Origin: the human T2T-CHM13v2.0 reference genome, Homo sapiens
Length of the DNA stretch: 64,000 nucleotides
Assembly (NCBI RefSeq): GCF_009914755.1
Contig: NC_060927.1
Reading direction: 5' to 3' (one strand)
In this document: positions 1 through 13,453 of the stretch, one piece after another
Layout: each line of letters opens with the position of its first letter
Position numbering within the stretch: the stretch's first letter is position 1
The notes under the pieces: generated by a model
The model's input: only the letters and a program-made list of their open reading frames with translations
The model's database searches: none
Told to the model about the DNA's origin: nothing
Made by a program: the position numbers and the translations under genes

Positions 1-344
1 TCAGCTGTTTTGTGGCATCAGATCATTCTAGGTGAATGTATGCTCTGGTGCTAGTCACCCAGATTGCTCACCTTGAGTGGTATATACTGTCTTATGCTAA
101 CAAGCCCAAGAACACAGTGCGGTGTCGGAGCAATGTTGGTGGAGCCTCTACTGCTAGGGTCTCTGGTCAGAGAGGTCATTAGGTTGGCCCGGAAAAAGAA
201 ATTAACACCACATTGGTTATAATAACAGTGCTGCTTTACTTAATCCATTTCCTTCTTTGTGCATCTTTACACAGTTGGTGTAGGATAAGTAATTTCATTT
301 TCATGTATTTGGAAACAACTGATTTTCTATTGAAAAAAATTGTG

Positions 345-830
345 TAATTGTTTCAGTTACCTACATAACAAACCATCCAAAGCTTAGTGGCTTAAAATAA
401 CTATATTTTTCATTCTTTTCTGGATATAGTGAACTCAGTTGGGCATTTTTCATTTAGGGTTTCTCATTTTGTTGCAGTTGAGTATTGGTAGGGGCTGTAG
501 TCCTTTGAAGGCTCAGCTGGGCTAGGTATCCAAGATTGCTCACTCACACCATTGAAACTCCTTACTTATGGCCTCAGCTCCCAAGAACATGCATTCCAAA
601 ATGCAGGAAGCAGAAGCAGCCAGACTAGTTAAAGGCTGAGAACTGGCCTAGCTCACTGCTGCCATATCTGTTGGTCAGAGCATATTCAGGGCCTGCCCAG
701 ATTCAAAACTGTGGGAAAATAGATTCCATGTCATGCTGGAAGGGTATCAAAGTCACATTATTGCAAAAGACCACTTGTCATGGGAGATATTGTAGTTATC
801 TTTGGAAAATGCAATCTGTGAAACTCTTGA
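345..830. mobile_element. Degenerate ERVL-MaLR (MLT1-type) LTR
   Basis: MLT1-like segments (aacaaaccatccaaagcttagtggcttaaaataac; gaaggctcagctgggctagg...ccaagattgctcactcac). Confidence 0.6.
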
Positions 831-884
831 TTAAAAAAAACCATGTACAATGCCTTAAAAGACTACATTTGTATATTCTTGCAT

Positions 885-1012
885 AGATAGTGTGTGTTTG
901 TGCGTGTGGCATAGATATTGTATATGTGTATTGTGCATTTATGTATGTATTACATGTGTATGTGTGTATATATGTACATGTATATGCATTAATATACACA
1001 TACATAATACGT
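885..1012. repeat. Degenerate (TG/TA)n low-complexity tract
   Basis: Alternating purine-pyrimidine run visible directly. Confidence 0.75.
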
Positions 1013-1019
1013 ATATGCC

Positions 1020-1806
1020 ATCTTAGTTTGTTGGGCTGCTATAACAAAATTTTCTAAGTTGAGCAGTTTATAAACAACAGAAGTTTATTTATCACATTTC
1101 TGGAGGCTGAGAAGTCCAGGATCAAGATTGGCAGAATCAGTGTCTGGTGGGGGTCCACTTCCTCATAGTTTGCACCTTCTTGCTATGGCTTCACATGGGA
1201 GAAGGGATGAAAGAACCTCCCCTTTGGGCCTATTTTTTTTAAGGTAATAAATACAAATATTTAATTAAATATTAATAGGAAATTTGGCTGTGGGTGTATA
1301 CATATATGTATAAAATAATTACATATATATGTATGTATGTATAAAATCATTTTAACTTTTATTTTAGATCTGGGGGTACATGTGTAGGTTTGTTACATGG
1401 GTATGTTGCATGATTCTGACATTTGAGATGTGAATAATCCCCTCACACGGGTAGTGAACATAGTACCTAACAGGTAAGTTTCAACCCTTGTACTTCACCC
1501 TGTCTTCACCCTCTAATAGTCCCCAGTGTCTATTGTTGTTGTTTTTATATTCATGAGTACCCAGTGTTTAGCTCCCACTTGTAAATGAGAACATACGGTG
1601 TTTGTTTTTCTGTTTCTGCATTAATTTTCTTAGGATAATGGCCTTGGGCCTATTTTATAAGGGCACTAATCCCATTCACGAGGGCTTGGCCCTTATAACC
1701 TAATTATCTCCCAAACAGTTTCACCTCCTAATACCATTGCCTTGAGGGTTAGGATTTCAATGTATGAATTTATTGAGGGGGAAATGCAGACATTTGGACC
1801 ATAGCA
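1020..1806. mobile_element. MST/MLT1A-type MaLR LTR split by an L1 insertion (pieces ~1020-1236 and ~1644-1806)
   Basis: gctgctataacaaaat...ttctggaggctgagaagtccaggatcaag and aagggcactaatcccattca...ggttaggatttcaa...ccatagca termini. Confidence 0.75.
1237..1643 (-). mobile_element. 5'-truncated older L1 (L1PB-like) 3' end with ~110 nt extra 3' sequence
   Basis: L1 3'UTR at 1350-1643 on the minus strand; 13-bp TSD ttgggcctatttt at 1224-1236 and 1644-1656. Confidence 0.8.
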
Positions 1807-1874
1807 CACATGTACATTAATACACATGATGCCTCAGTATCAGTATACTTCATTAGACTTTGCTAGAAAAAAAA

Positions 1875-1875
<1 letters not shown>

Positions 1876-1916
<41 letters not shown>
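1876..1916. repeat. (CA)~20 microsatellite
   Basis: Direct read. Confidence 0.97.
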
Positions 1917-1918
<2 letters not shown>

Positions 1919-2530
1919 CACATCCCACATTACTTTTAATTAGTTTTCACAGATCTCAGAACTACCTAGCAATGGAACTAACTTTCTGGTCAATTCAAGT
2001 TACCACTCCGTAAGAGACTGTTTTATATCGTTTGCTCTATTCTCAAATCTCAAATACCCCTTCCCACTCTATTCACTCCCAGCTGATGATATTGCTTTTT
2101 ATTTCTCTGAGAATAAAGCAGTCAGAGGAAAATTTTAGTTCTCTTATTACCAGATCTACCAGCTACCTGTATCATTACCCATATTCTGTACCCTTCCTCT
2201 CTGTGAAGAATAGGTAGGTAACACAGAGTATCAAGCCTCCTACCTAAATCAAACCCTCCCCTTTTTTCCCCAGGATCCATCTGTTCATGTCTACTCAAGG
2301 ATTTAACAGCTGCATCATCAAATTTTCTCCCTCTAATAGATTATTCTCTTCAAAATTTAGTTTGAAATTTTGTCAAATCTTTTAAAAACCCTTCCTTAAC
2401 CACACAGTCACATTCTGCTACCCCATTTCTCTGCTTTTAGTTACTGCAGATTCTTCAGAAGAGTTGTCTGTGCTCTTTCTCCACTTCTTCCTCTCACAAT
2501 CTCACTCAAACTCACTCCAACAATTCATTG

Positions 2531-2617
2531 AACCTGCACATTGTGCACATGTACCCTAAAACTTAAAGTATAATAATAATAAAATAAAATAAGACATCTA
2601 TTGCATATAAAAAAAAA
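2531..2617 (+). mobile_element. Minimal L1PA 3'-terminal fragment (~45 bp) plus composite tail
   Basis: aacctgcacattgtgcacatgtaccctaaaacttaaagtataata is the L1PA 3' terminus (compare 4091-4135). Confidence 0.85.
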
Positions 2618-2740
2618 GAAACTGTTCCTGTAGAGGTCAGTGACAGCCACCACAATGCCAAATCCCCTGGCCAATTCTCAGTTCATATTTATTTAACCCC
2701 CCAGTGCCTTTGACAAAGTCCTCCTTAAAATCCAGTTTTC

Positions 2741-4156
<1,416 letters not shown>

Positions 4157-5522
4157 AAAATCCAGTTTTCATTTGGCTTTCATGACACATACTCTCCTGC
4201 TTTTCCTCTCACCTCACTGCTTACTCCTTCTAGTTTCCTCTGCTAAATACTTCTCACTTTCCTAACCTCTGAATGTTGGAAATCAGTGTCAGACTTAGCA
4301 TGTCCAAAATTAAACTTAGTTTCCTTCTTCCAGGCATGCTTTCCAGGCCACAAAACAAGAGTGATACTTTACTCTGTTCATAACCCACATCTAGTCCGTC
4401 AGCAAATTCTGGCACCTCTACCTACAAAACATGTCAAAACTTCAAGCCCTTCTTAACATCAGCATTCTTACCTTCATCCAAGCAGCTGTTATGCTGTGAA
4501 CTGTTGCACTAAATAGCCTCCTGACTGGAATCCCTGCCTTCCTCTTTGCCTTTTTATGGTTTATCTTCAATAGAGCACTCAGAGTGATGCTTTCGAGACT
4601 TAAGTCATATCACATCACTCTTCTGCTCCAAATCTCCAGTAACTTCCCATCTTGCTTAGAATAAAAGCCAAAGCCTTAAGGTGGTTTACAAAATCTGTGT
4701 TTAACCTGGTGCCTGCTGCCTGTCTGCATCATCAATCTTCCCTTTCTCAAGACACACTGACCCTGTTTTTCCTGAACATGCCATGTTTACTTCCACCTCA
4801 AGGCCTTTGCACTTGTTTCTTATGCCTGAATAATGTCCCCAGTTTTCTTAAATGTTGCCACCTTACTTCATTCAGGTGTATTCTCAAAGTTCAGCTCCCA
4901 AAAAGTCTTTCCCTGACCACTCCACCTAAAGCAGTACCTTCCCCAGTGCCCCAGCCAGCCTACCCTTGGCCACTCTGATTTTTCTTTTTATAATTTATCA
5001 CCATCATTAATGATTTGCCTATTGCCTGCTCTCTAGATCAAAAGTGCCATGAGAGCAGGGACTTTTGATCACAACAAAGTGTTAGTACTCAAGAGGTGCT
5101 GCACAAGCATTTGTTAATTGGATGAATGAATGAATGCTTGTGGATGTATACATGCAATGGACTATCATATAGGCTTTGATGGGAAAATAATAATTCAAAC
5201 TTTCTGTTTTATACTTAAACAGGTGATTTTGTTTTATCAATATGAAACGTATGTGTTGGAAACAAATATCACATTGCCTTTATGGCTTAATCGTCAAGAT
5301 TCCAATTTTCCAGATGGTATAGTTTGCTTGGGCTTTGCTGGTTTTTGAGCTGGCAGGAATTTGTGAGTTCTCACCTTTTTCCAGCATTGTGTACCATCAG
5401 GATGCTTAACTTTTCTTCATCAGTTCATCGATTAAAGAAAGGAGAAGTTAGAGTATATGATTCCTAACATCTTCTAGTTAAAAATAATTTCTCTTTAAGA
5501 TGAATCTTTAAAAGTCTAATGG

Positions 5523-5795
5523 GGCCAGGTGTGGTGGCTCATGTCTCTAATCCCAGCACTTTAGGGGGCTGAAGCAAGAGGATTACTTGGACCTGAGAGT
5601 TTGAGATCAGCCTGGGCAACATATCAAGACTCTATCAAAAAAAAAAAATATTAGCCAGGCCTGTAATCCGAGCCACTCAGGAGGCTGAGTTGAGGGGATT
5701 GCTCAAGCCCAGGAGTTGGAGACTGCAGTGAGCTGATTATATTACTGCACTCCAACCTGGGAGAGAGTGAGATCCTGTCTCTTAATAGAAAAAAG
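5523..5795 (+). mobile_element. AluJ
   Basis: Diverged dimeric Alu with a small internal deletion; aaaagtc on both flanks. Confidence 0.88.
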
Positions 5796-6869
5796 TCACA
5801 TTAGATGATTTCTAAGTAGTATGATATTCTGAATGTTTTAGTTATAAGATCACTGCCACCTCAAAACACTACCTGATTCTACTGTTTTGTGATTTGCTGT
5901 ATAGCTAATTTTATTTATAGCTTCTTTGACTTGAGCTTATTTTGGCAAACATCTTTTTTAGGGTAAATCTCATACAGATATTTTACTAACATCTTAATCT
6001 GCCTTCAGAAGCATTATTTATAGATCAGTTACATCCCAAGAATTTTAATTATACAGAAACCAAAATATTCTAAAATCAAGATTTCACATATCAGCAAATA
6101 GGACTTGAGTTTTTAAACTCATACATTATTTTTAAGTACATCTTTTTTCTGAAGCATCTATTCTCATGACACTTATATTTTTCTACTTTTAAGGTTAAAA
6201 CTACTACCAGGTCCATAATTAAGTTTGTTAAGATGTTTCCGTTTAACTCTTACAAAGGTGACAATTTTTATTAAACTGAAAAGACTGGAAATCTGTTACA
6301 CCAGAGGGAGTCGGGGAAGGACACACCGTTTAGAAAAGCTAATTAGAAAATCAGATGAGGCCTAGAAATCAGGAGTGAATTTCACTCCAGGGACTGTGGC
6401 TTTATATTGAAACATTAGTTGCTTCAAAATAGGGCAAATGATTCTTCCTCTCCCAACTTGGATATCTCTCCTGGAGAAACCAGAGTTATTGCTGGATGGT
6501 TGAAATTTTTGCTTTTATGTGAACTGCAACTTCTGTGAGGGAAAGCAGCTCTGGGCTCCTGTGTAACATTCTGTTCTAAGTTTAGTAACTTTGATTTACT
6601 AAAGAAATGAATAATCTAGGATGTGGTAGAGATAAATGCTACTTTTGCATGATCCAAATCAATTATGTTACTTTGTTGGATGTCACTACGTAGAGATTTT
6701 TGGATAGAAGGAGGTAATGACTTTCAGACTTTAAAATTAAGTTCCTCTTTATATTACCTTAGTAGTTCAGAGAAATGAGCACTTTTCATAGTTTAACTAT
6801 TTCTCTTTTTCTTTTCATTCCTTTTCCATGTCTCTTGTATTTCACCCAACACCAAAAATGCCCTTTCAG

Positions 6870-7018
6870 AAACACAAAGTAGATCTTTTCTACAAACTAC
6901 GCCATGTGATGAATGAACTTATTGACCTGCGAAGGCAGCTACTGTCTGGTCACCTGACTCAGGATCAGGTGCGGGAGGTTAAGCGGCACATCACCGTGCG
7001 CCTGGACTGGGGTAATGA
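6870..7018 (+). CDS. DOCK3: DOCK3 coding exon (probably exon 6), 149 bp, KHKVDLFYKL...RLDWGN(E)
   Basis: Pyrimidine tract plus tttcag acceptor at 6864-6869; donor GA|gtaagt at 7019; translation matches the DOCK3 N-terminal region as recalled; the phase-2 end joins the next exon in frame. Confidence 0.96.
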
Positions 7019-7789
7019 GTAAGTATGAAAATTGTTTGGGTATCTCTCAGTTTCATTTATGATAACTCAGTCTTCAGGGAGTTTGCACCTATACAAAGCT
7101 TCTCTTTAATGATTCAAAGGCAATGTTATATTCTTCACTAAGCTTTCATCATTTTTGCTAGGAGCAGTTATTTGTCCTAGTTAGCGAAGGATACTCACTG
7201 GTTCTAGTTGCTGAACCTCTTTTAGCCTCTGTTTTTGCTTCTGAAAAGAAGAGGTAAATAATAGGACTAGATTATCCTATAAAGTTAAATTTCTTTGACC
7301 TCAGATTTCTTGATTCTACACCTCCTAATCAGAATACACTTGAAAATATATTTTAGTGCTTTCTTCAAATGTGAATTTAGTGTCCTTCACATTTTATAGC
7401 CATACAATGAATCTGAATGAGCATAACCTACAAATGGAAACTGTCTACATTTGTACTTCAGAATATTTTTGACTACCTTGTCATTCAGTAATAGTCTTGC
7501 ATTTATGTAATAACTATGATTTGCTATTGCCATACAAGTACAATTTGAAGACTTTGGTATGGGAAGTTAGGGTATAATTTTCAGTGAATATAATTGATAT
7601 ATCAATAATTGATATAATAATTAATATAACTTTATAATTGATATAAATTTCAGGTGCTTTTGTCTCATTCTCTTAAAATTGGGTCCATTGAACTTTTAAG
7701 TGACCAGGTTGCCTCCTACTTAAAATATACATATACCTTAAGTATATTTATATGTGTGTCTTTAGCTCCTTATCCTTTTTGGGAGGGGC

Positions 7790-9170
7790 CCACCAATAAA
7801 TGAAATCTATGAGCCCATTTCTGGAAGCCGGAAAGTAGATGAAAGATTAATGACAGAGTAAATCCATTATATGTGGAGGAAACCTTAGTTAATGAGAGAG
7901 TCAGTCTGCCCCACAGCTCCCAGAATCATAGAAGGTGGGATAGGTCTTGAAGCTTTGAAAAGGACTTGGCTTAAAAGAGTGTCTAAGGAACAGTCTACCC
8001 CAATCAATGAGCAGAAACCTGGCCAGGTATTTCCTCTTCAGATAAACAAATATAAAAAATGGCTACCGGGGAAAAACTGGGCAACAGGAGTGTGAACTGG
8101 GACTTTCTTGCAAAACTCTCCACATTCTGGCATTTAAGGACTTTAAAGTATAATGAGCAGATTGCTCCCGCTTACCAGAAAGGGAAACTTGCCAGTCACC
8201 TACCCATGTACAAAAAAACTCTACAATTCTTCTGCTATCTTTTAAGTTTGAATGGACAATCAGGTATCACCAGATGTTTGAAGAAAAGCTTCTACAAGAC
8301 AGAGAGAGACCAAGATTAACAAAACACCTGTACACAAAGAAAGTAACCTGTCCCCAGAGCAAATTGAGATTGATAAAGTACTTTAAAACAAAACAAAACA
8401 AAAACACTTTAATATCCTCAAATCGAATCTAAAAGATCCACTATGTAGAATAAGATGCCATGTAAAAGAAGTGGAGAATGTAATTTCCAAAATAAAATAC
8501 TCAGAGAAGACAAATTTTATGTAATCCCTAGGAAAATAAGACAAATATATAGGCAATACATGAGGAAAGAAATTCAGTACAAAGGCTCTACCCAGGGAGG
8601 TCCAATATCAAACATTTTGCCTTCCAAAAAAAGAACGGGGGAAATTCTGAAGGAATAATAGAAAATTTGTCAGAGCCAAAAAACAGGAATATTAAGATTG
8701 AAAGCGTCCCACTAAATATTTATAATGAATGGAAAAACAAAACAAACAAACAAAAACTCACAACGAGGCACATTAAGATAGCTTAGTATTCTAGGAATGA
8801 AGAGAAGACTATTTAAGGGTTTTAGACAGAAAAATAGTTCCTCTCACAAAAGAATAAGTATCATACTGTCCTCAAAAGTGTTATCATTAGCACTGGATGC
8901 TAGGAGATAATGAAATAATATGTTCAGAGTTCTGTAGGGAAATGATTTGCCAGCCAGAGTTTTATTTTACAAATCCCAACCATCTAATTAAGTGAGAGGG
9001 GACACAAACCATAAAGCCATTTTTAGGTATTCAGGGATGCACGAAAGTTCCCTCTCATGACCCCTTCTTAAGAAGGGACTTGCGGATGTGCTTCTGCAAA
9101 GTAGAAGAATAAATCAGGAAAGAGGAAACATGGAATCTAATCAACAGTAGATCACACCCAAATTGGTAGT
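7790..9170 (+). mobile_element. Ancient HAL1/L1M 5'-ORF1 relic
   Basis: A-rich decayed ORF1-like blocks (ctggatgctaggagataatg...ttcagagttctg; aaagaggaaacatggaatc). Confidence 0.5.
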
Positions 9171-9845
9171 GTTCATCAGTAGAAAAGAGGAAATATAACA
9201 CTAAATTCGTTGTTTGTGACCTTTTTGAAGCCACAACTTTATATCTTTGTTTGTTTTGTTTAATTACACCCTATCATGACTGTTAGTAGGATTGCTTGGC
9301 ACCTACCACAGACTACCTTCTATAATAGTGTATAACATGAATTTAGGTGTACCATAGATCAGTGTTCCCTAAATCTAACTTTGGGGAATAACAATTTAGT
9401 AAAATACAGTATGTTGATGTACAGCATAGCTACTAATTCTGCCTCTTCAAACCCAAACATTTTTATGTTATGAAATTATGTCACTTTTTATTTTTAAGTC
9501 AATGATAAGAATACAGTAATTGCAAATATAACATTACTGTGTGCCAAGCAAATTGGTCACAGTTGAACTGATGACACTAATAAATGTGTAATTCATTATG
9601 TTGCAGTTTAACTGCAACTATAGATTCCATTAAATAGAACTATTTCAGAACTATCAGTACCTATACCTCTTTATTATGAAACTTGAAAAACAAACCAATC
9701 TGATTTTGCAATCAAATCTGAAAATAAATAGATGATAGCTTAGAAACAAGTTCAAATTGTACTTGAAAAAGGCTCAGAACATTATAAATACCTGCCAGTA
9801 AATTACAGGGCTATTCCAATTTCATGACTTTTTCTCAATGAAATA

Positions 9846-9849
<4 letters not shown>

Positions 9850-9888
<39 letters not shown>
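9850..9888. repeat. (TG)15(CG)4 compound microsatellite
   Basis: Direct read. Confidence 0.96.
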
Positions 9889-9937
9889 TGGAGGGGTATG
9901 TATATGCATATCTTAATAAGCAAAAATGAAAAACACA

Positions 9938-10093
9938 GTTCCATTCCCCTCCCCACTTCCCTTCTCCCTCTTTCCTATTTCTCCTTTTCTCCCTTCCCTA
10001 CTTTCCGTCTTCTTTTCTTCTCCTTTCTTCCTCCCCTTGCACTTCTTTCCCCCACCCCTCTCTTCCTTTTTTTCTTATTTTCTCCTTTCCTTC
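9938..10093. repeat. CT-rich polypyrimidine tract
   Basis: About 155 nt, almost purely C/T. Confidence 0.9.
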
Positions 10094-10680
10094 AGTGGAA
10101 AATATAGTCACTTAAAAACCTAAACAAGAACTTTGCAGGTCTGTCATTATTGAAAGGAAAAGACATGTTGCACCAAAACTGATAGGACTGTTCTTTCTGA
10201 TTTCTCCTTGAGCTTACTCTTTTAAAACTTTTCTTCCTATTTTGAAAGAAAAGATGGTATATTGTAAAAACAAAGTCATTTCATACCATTAGATTATGTA
10301 AAACAGACTGTTCCACACAAAAGCTGAGAACAGATGACTATAACCATTGTTCCCATTTTATTCTGATAGTTCCACACTTCTTGTTCCACCACACTTTTAT
10401 AAATGCCATAAAATCTTGAAGTTTAGCACATGTTAGCATGTGAATCAGTGTTTTCCAAATGTATTTTAATGTTTTAATTGATGTAATTAAATATATGATT
10501 TTAAACTCTTATGCCTTTTCTCTAAGCTCTTACACAGACATTATAGCTCTGCCTTTTCAGAATCTATTTCAGAAACTAGTAATTGTTATTAGTAGTGTAT
10601 TGATTAAATATGTCTACATCACTATGGCAAGTACATGGTCTCACTTCATGCACTGTTGTAACGAAATGCTACTATGCCTT

Positions 10681-11002
<322 letters not shown>

Positions 11003-11421
11003 CTATGCCTTTCTAGGACAAGAGCTCTGTTTACCCATTGAGGAAACCTAGGCTCAAAGGCACTTTTCCCAGCGTTGTATGGTGGAAGGGTAGAGCTGGT
11101 ATTTGTACCTAGAACTGATCCCAAAGCCCATGTGCTTTATGCAGAACCTTATCATCTATCTAATTATGTGTGAGTCTTAAAACCAGGCACATTATTGCCA
11201 GTATTTTTAGTCATTAAGCTATTTGATCTTTGTTCTGTTCTGCAAGTGTGAATACTATTACATCCTGTGATGTATATCTGAGTAATATTCAGTTAGAACT
11301 TCCAAGGATAGGAACTGAACTGGTCCTGTAATCTTTCATTTAGAGTTTTAATTTAGTCAGGAGCTCTCCACATCTAGATAACAATTTTTTATTTTGTTTC
11401 CTGAGATTAGGAATTATTTAT

Positions 11422-11531
11422 TTGGCCTAAAATTTGAATATTCAGACATTAAACTTATGTGACTTAAAATTATTGGCCTAAAATTTGAATATTCAGACAT
11501 TAAACTTATGTGACTTAAACTTATTGGCCTA
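11422..11531. repeat. 51-bp tandem duplication (about 2.2 copies)
   Basis: ttggcctaaaatttgaatattcagacattaaacttatgtgacttaaa at 11422 and 11473; ttggccta again at 11524. Confidence 0.95.
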
Positions 11532-11945
11532 TATGTAGATACTCCATAAGTAAAAATTATTAAATTGTATCAGATAGAAACCGCACTTTCTACATTGTGC
11601 TCTTTATATTTTTAGGAACTGCAATACAAGAAGGGCAGAAAGTTGTGTTCAAATTAACTAGTCATCATCTTTGCTCAAGTGTCTTACATAGAGAATTAGT
11701 CAGTTAATTATATCTACTCCAAATTTTAAAATAATTTCTCTAGTGATGTAATTTTAATTTAACTTAATATTTTCAACATCTTCTCTAAAGATGCTAAGTT
11801 TCTTCTGTCTCTAATTTCATCACTACAGTAGCTAGCTAGGTTAAAATTGCATTAACCGAGAACTGACATAGCCTAATTGATCTCTGCCTTGGAAAAATAC
11901 CTAAGAAATATTTTATTCTTAGAATAATAATTTAACAAATCATAC

Positions 11946-12026
11946 ATATGTGTGTGTATATATGTGTGTATATATGTGTGTATATATATGTGTGTATATG
12001 TGTGTGTGTGTGTATATATATATATA
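11946..12026. repeat. Compound (TG)/(TA) microsatellite
   Basis: Direct read. Confidence 0.93.
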
Positions 12027-12774
12027 AATTTCTGGTTCTTTTATTCTTTCTTTCTCTCCGTCTGTCATTTTTTCTTCCTCCTCCCCTTTTCTACTTTCTC
12101 ATATTTTTACATATTCTAACCCATCTATATCTCTTTCTTCCCACTTAGTTTATGTCTCTCATCAAGGGAATTGATTTGGAGTAAGATACACAAGCAGTAG
12201 TTTAGTTTGTTATATGCAGAAAATATCCCCCAGTGAGTTTCCTCTTAAGTAGATTTTTAGCCAGGATCTAGAAAGGTTTATGGCTTAGTACTTTACCCTT
12301 AAGGACTCACTGATATTTTCCAGCGTTAGGACACCTGAAATTAGCAGAAGTTTTCAATGATTTCACAGTTAACGGTTCTTCCCGTACCTGGTGGTGTGCT
12401 CACTGATCAGTGTCTTGCCCTGTTCACAGTCTGGGATGTCTTGGCTATGTTTAAAGTATGTATGGTCAAAGTCCTGTCAAGTTTATGTTCAATCGACTGA
12501 CTAACACACACTGTTACACAGACACTCTTTTGGCATTTTTTGCTTATCATTATAACCTGCACTCAGCACTTGGTAGGCACTATGTGAACGTATTTGAGTA
12601 ATAAAGTGGATTTGTTTTCATGCCTGGTGGACACTCATTAATCAATTGATATTTGTTTCCTTCTGGTTTGATGTTTGACACAGAATCATCTTTCAAACAG
12701 TTATGACTAAATTGATTTTACAACTACTTGTAGCCATTATTACTTATTATAACTTTCACAGTTATTTTTAAAAA

Positions 12775-12990
12775 GACAGGTATAATGGAAATACCATAGG
12801 TTCAGAATGAGAACAACCTAGCTTGAGACAAGCCCAGCTCAACTCCTTTAACAGGCCACTTAGTTAACCTCAGTGGGCCTCAGCTTCCTTGGTTAAAAAA
12901 TGGATCTAATACTGTCTACTTCCCAAAGTGCTTAGAGATGATGTACATAAAGTGCCTAGCCCAAGTAAATGTTTGGTAAAAGGTAGTAAT
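12775..12990 (+). mobile_element. MIR
   Basis: MIR core ttaacctcagtgggcctcagcttcctt...aaaatggatctaatac...aaagtgcctagc. Confidence 0.7.
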
Positions 12991-13143
12991 TACTAATTAT
13001 ATATTTTTATATGTTATATAAATGTAAATATGCTGTGTTTTCATTAGTATAGTTCTTATCTGTATGCTGTTTTTACTATAAGCATTAGAAAAGGGCACTG
13101 CTCCACAAGAAATCTTAACATCTCCATCTTTTCTCAGCTGATA

Positions 13144-13453
13144 CTGGGTCCCCATCCCCTGGGCTGCGGACCCCTGTTAGAAACTGGGCTGCACATCAGG
13201 AGGTGAGCTGCCGGTGAGCCAGTATTACTACCTGAGCTCCACCTCCTCTCAAATCAGTGTGAACCCTGTTATAGTGAACTGTAATGCGAGAGATCTAGGT
13301 TGTGCACTCCTTATGAGAATCTAATGCGTGATGATCTGAGGTGGAACAGTTTCATCCTGAAACTGTCCTAACCCCTGCACCCTCCCCCCGATCCGTGGAA
13401 AAATTGTCTTCCATGAAACCAGTCCCTGGTGCAAAAAAGATTGGGGACCACTG
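13144..13453. mobile_element. MER1B-like hAT-Charlie non-autonomous DNA transposon
   Basis: TIR-like ends ctgggtccccatcc / ttggggaccactg; internal ctccttatgagaatctaatgc and ggaaaaattgtcttccatgaaaccagtccctggtgc. Confidence 0.85.

Noticed and set aside
6828-7022. 64-aa ORF as a standalone gene
   Set aside because: It is DOCK3 exon 6870-7018 extended into intron; splice sites and phase continuity explain it.
7585-7650. AT-rich quasi-palindromic aattgatata repeats
   Set aside because: Low-complexity AT sequence in which short palindromes arise easily by chance or slippage.
11422-11531. CRISPR-like or other repeat-spacer array
   Set aside because: Head-to-tail duplication with no spacers, eukaryotic intron context and no cas genes; the same applies to the other short duplications.
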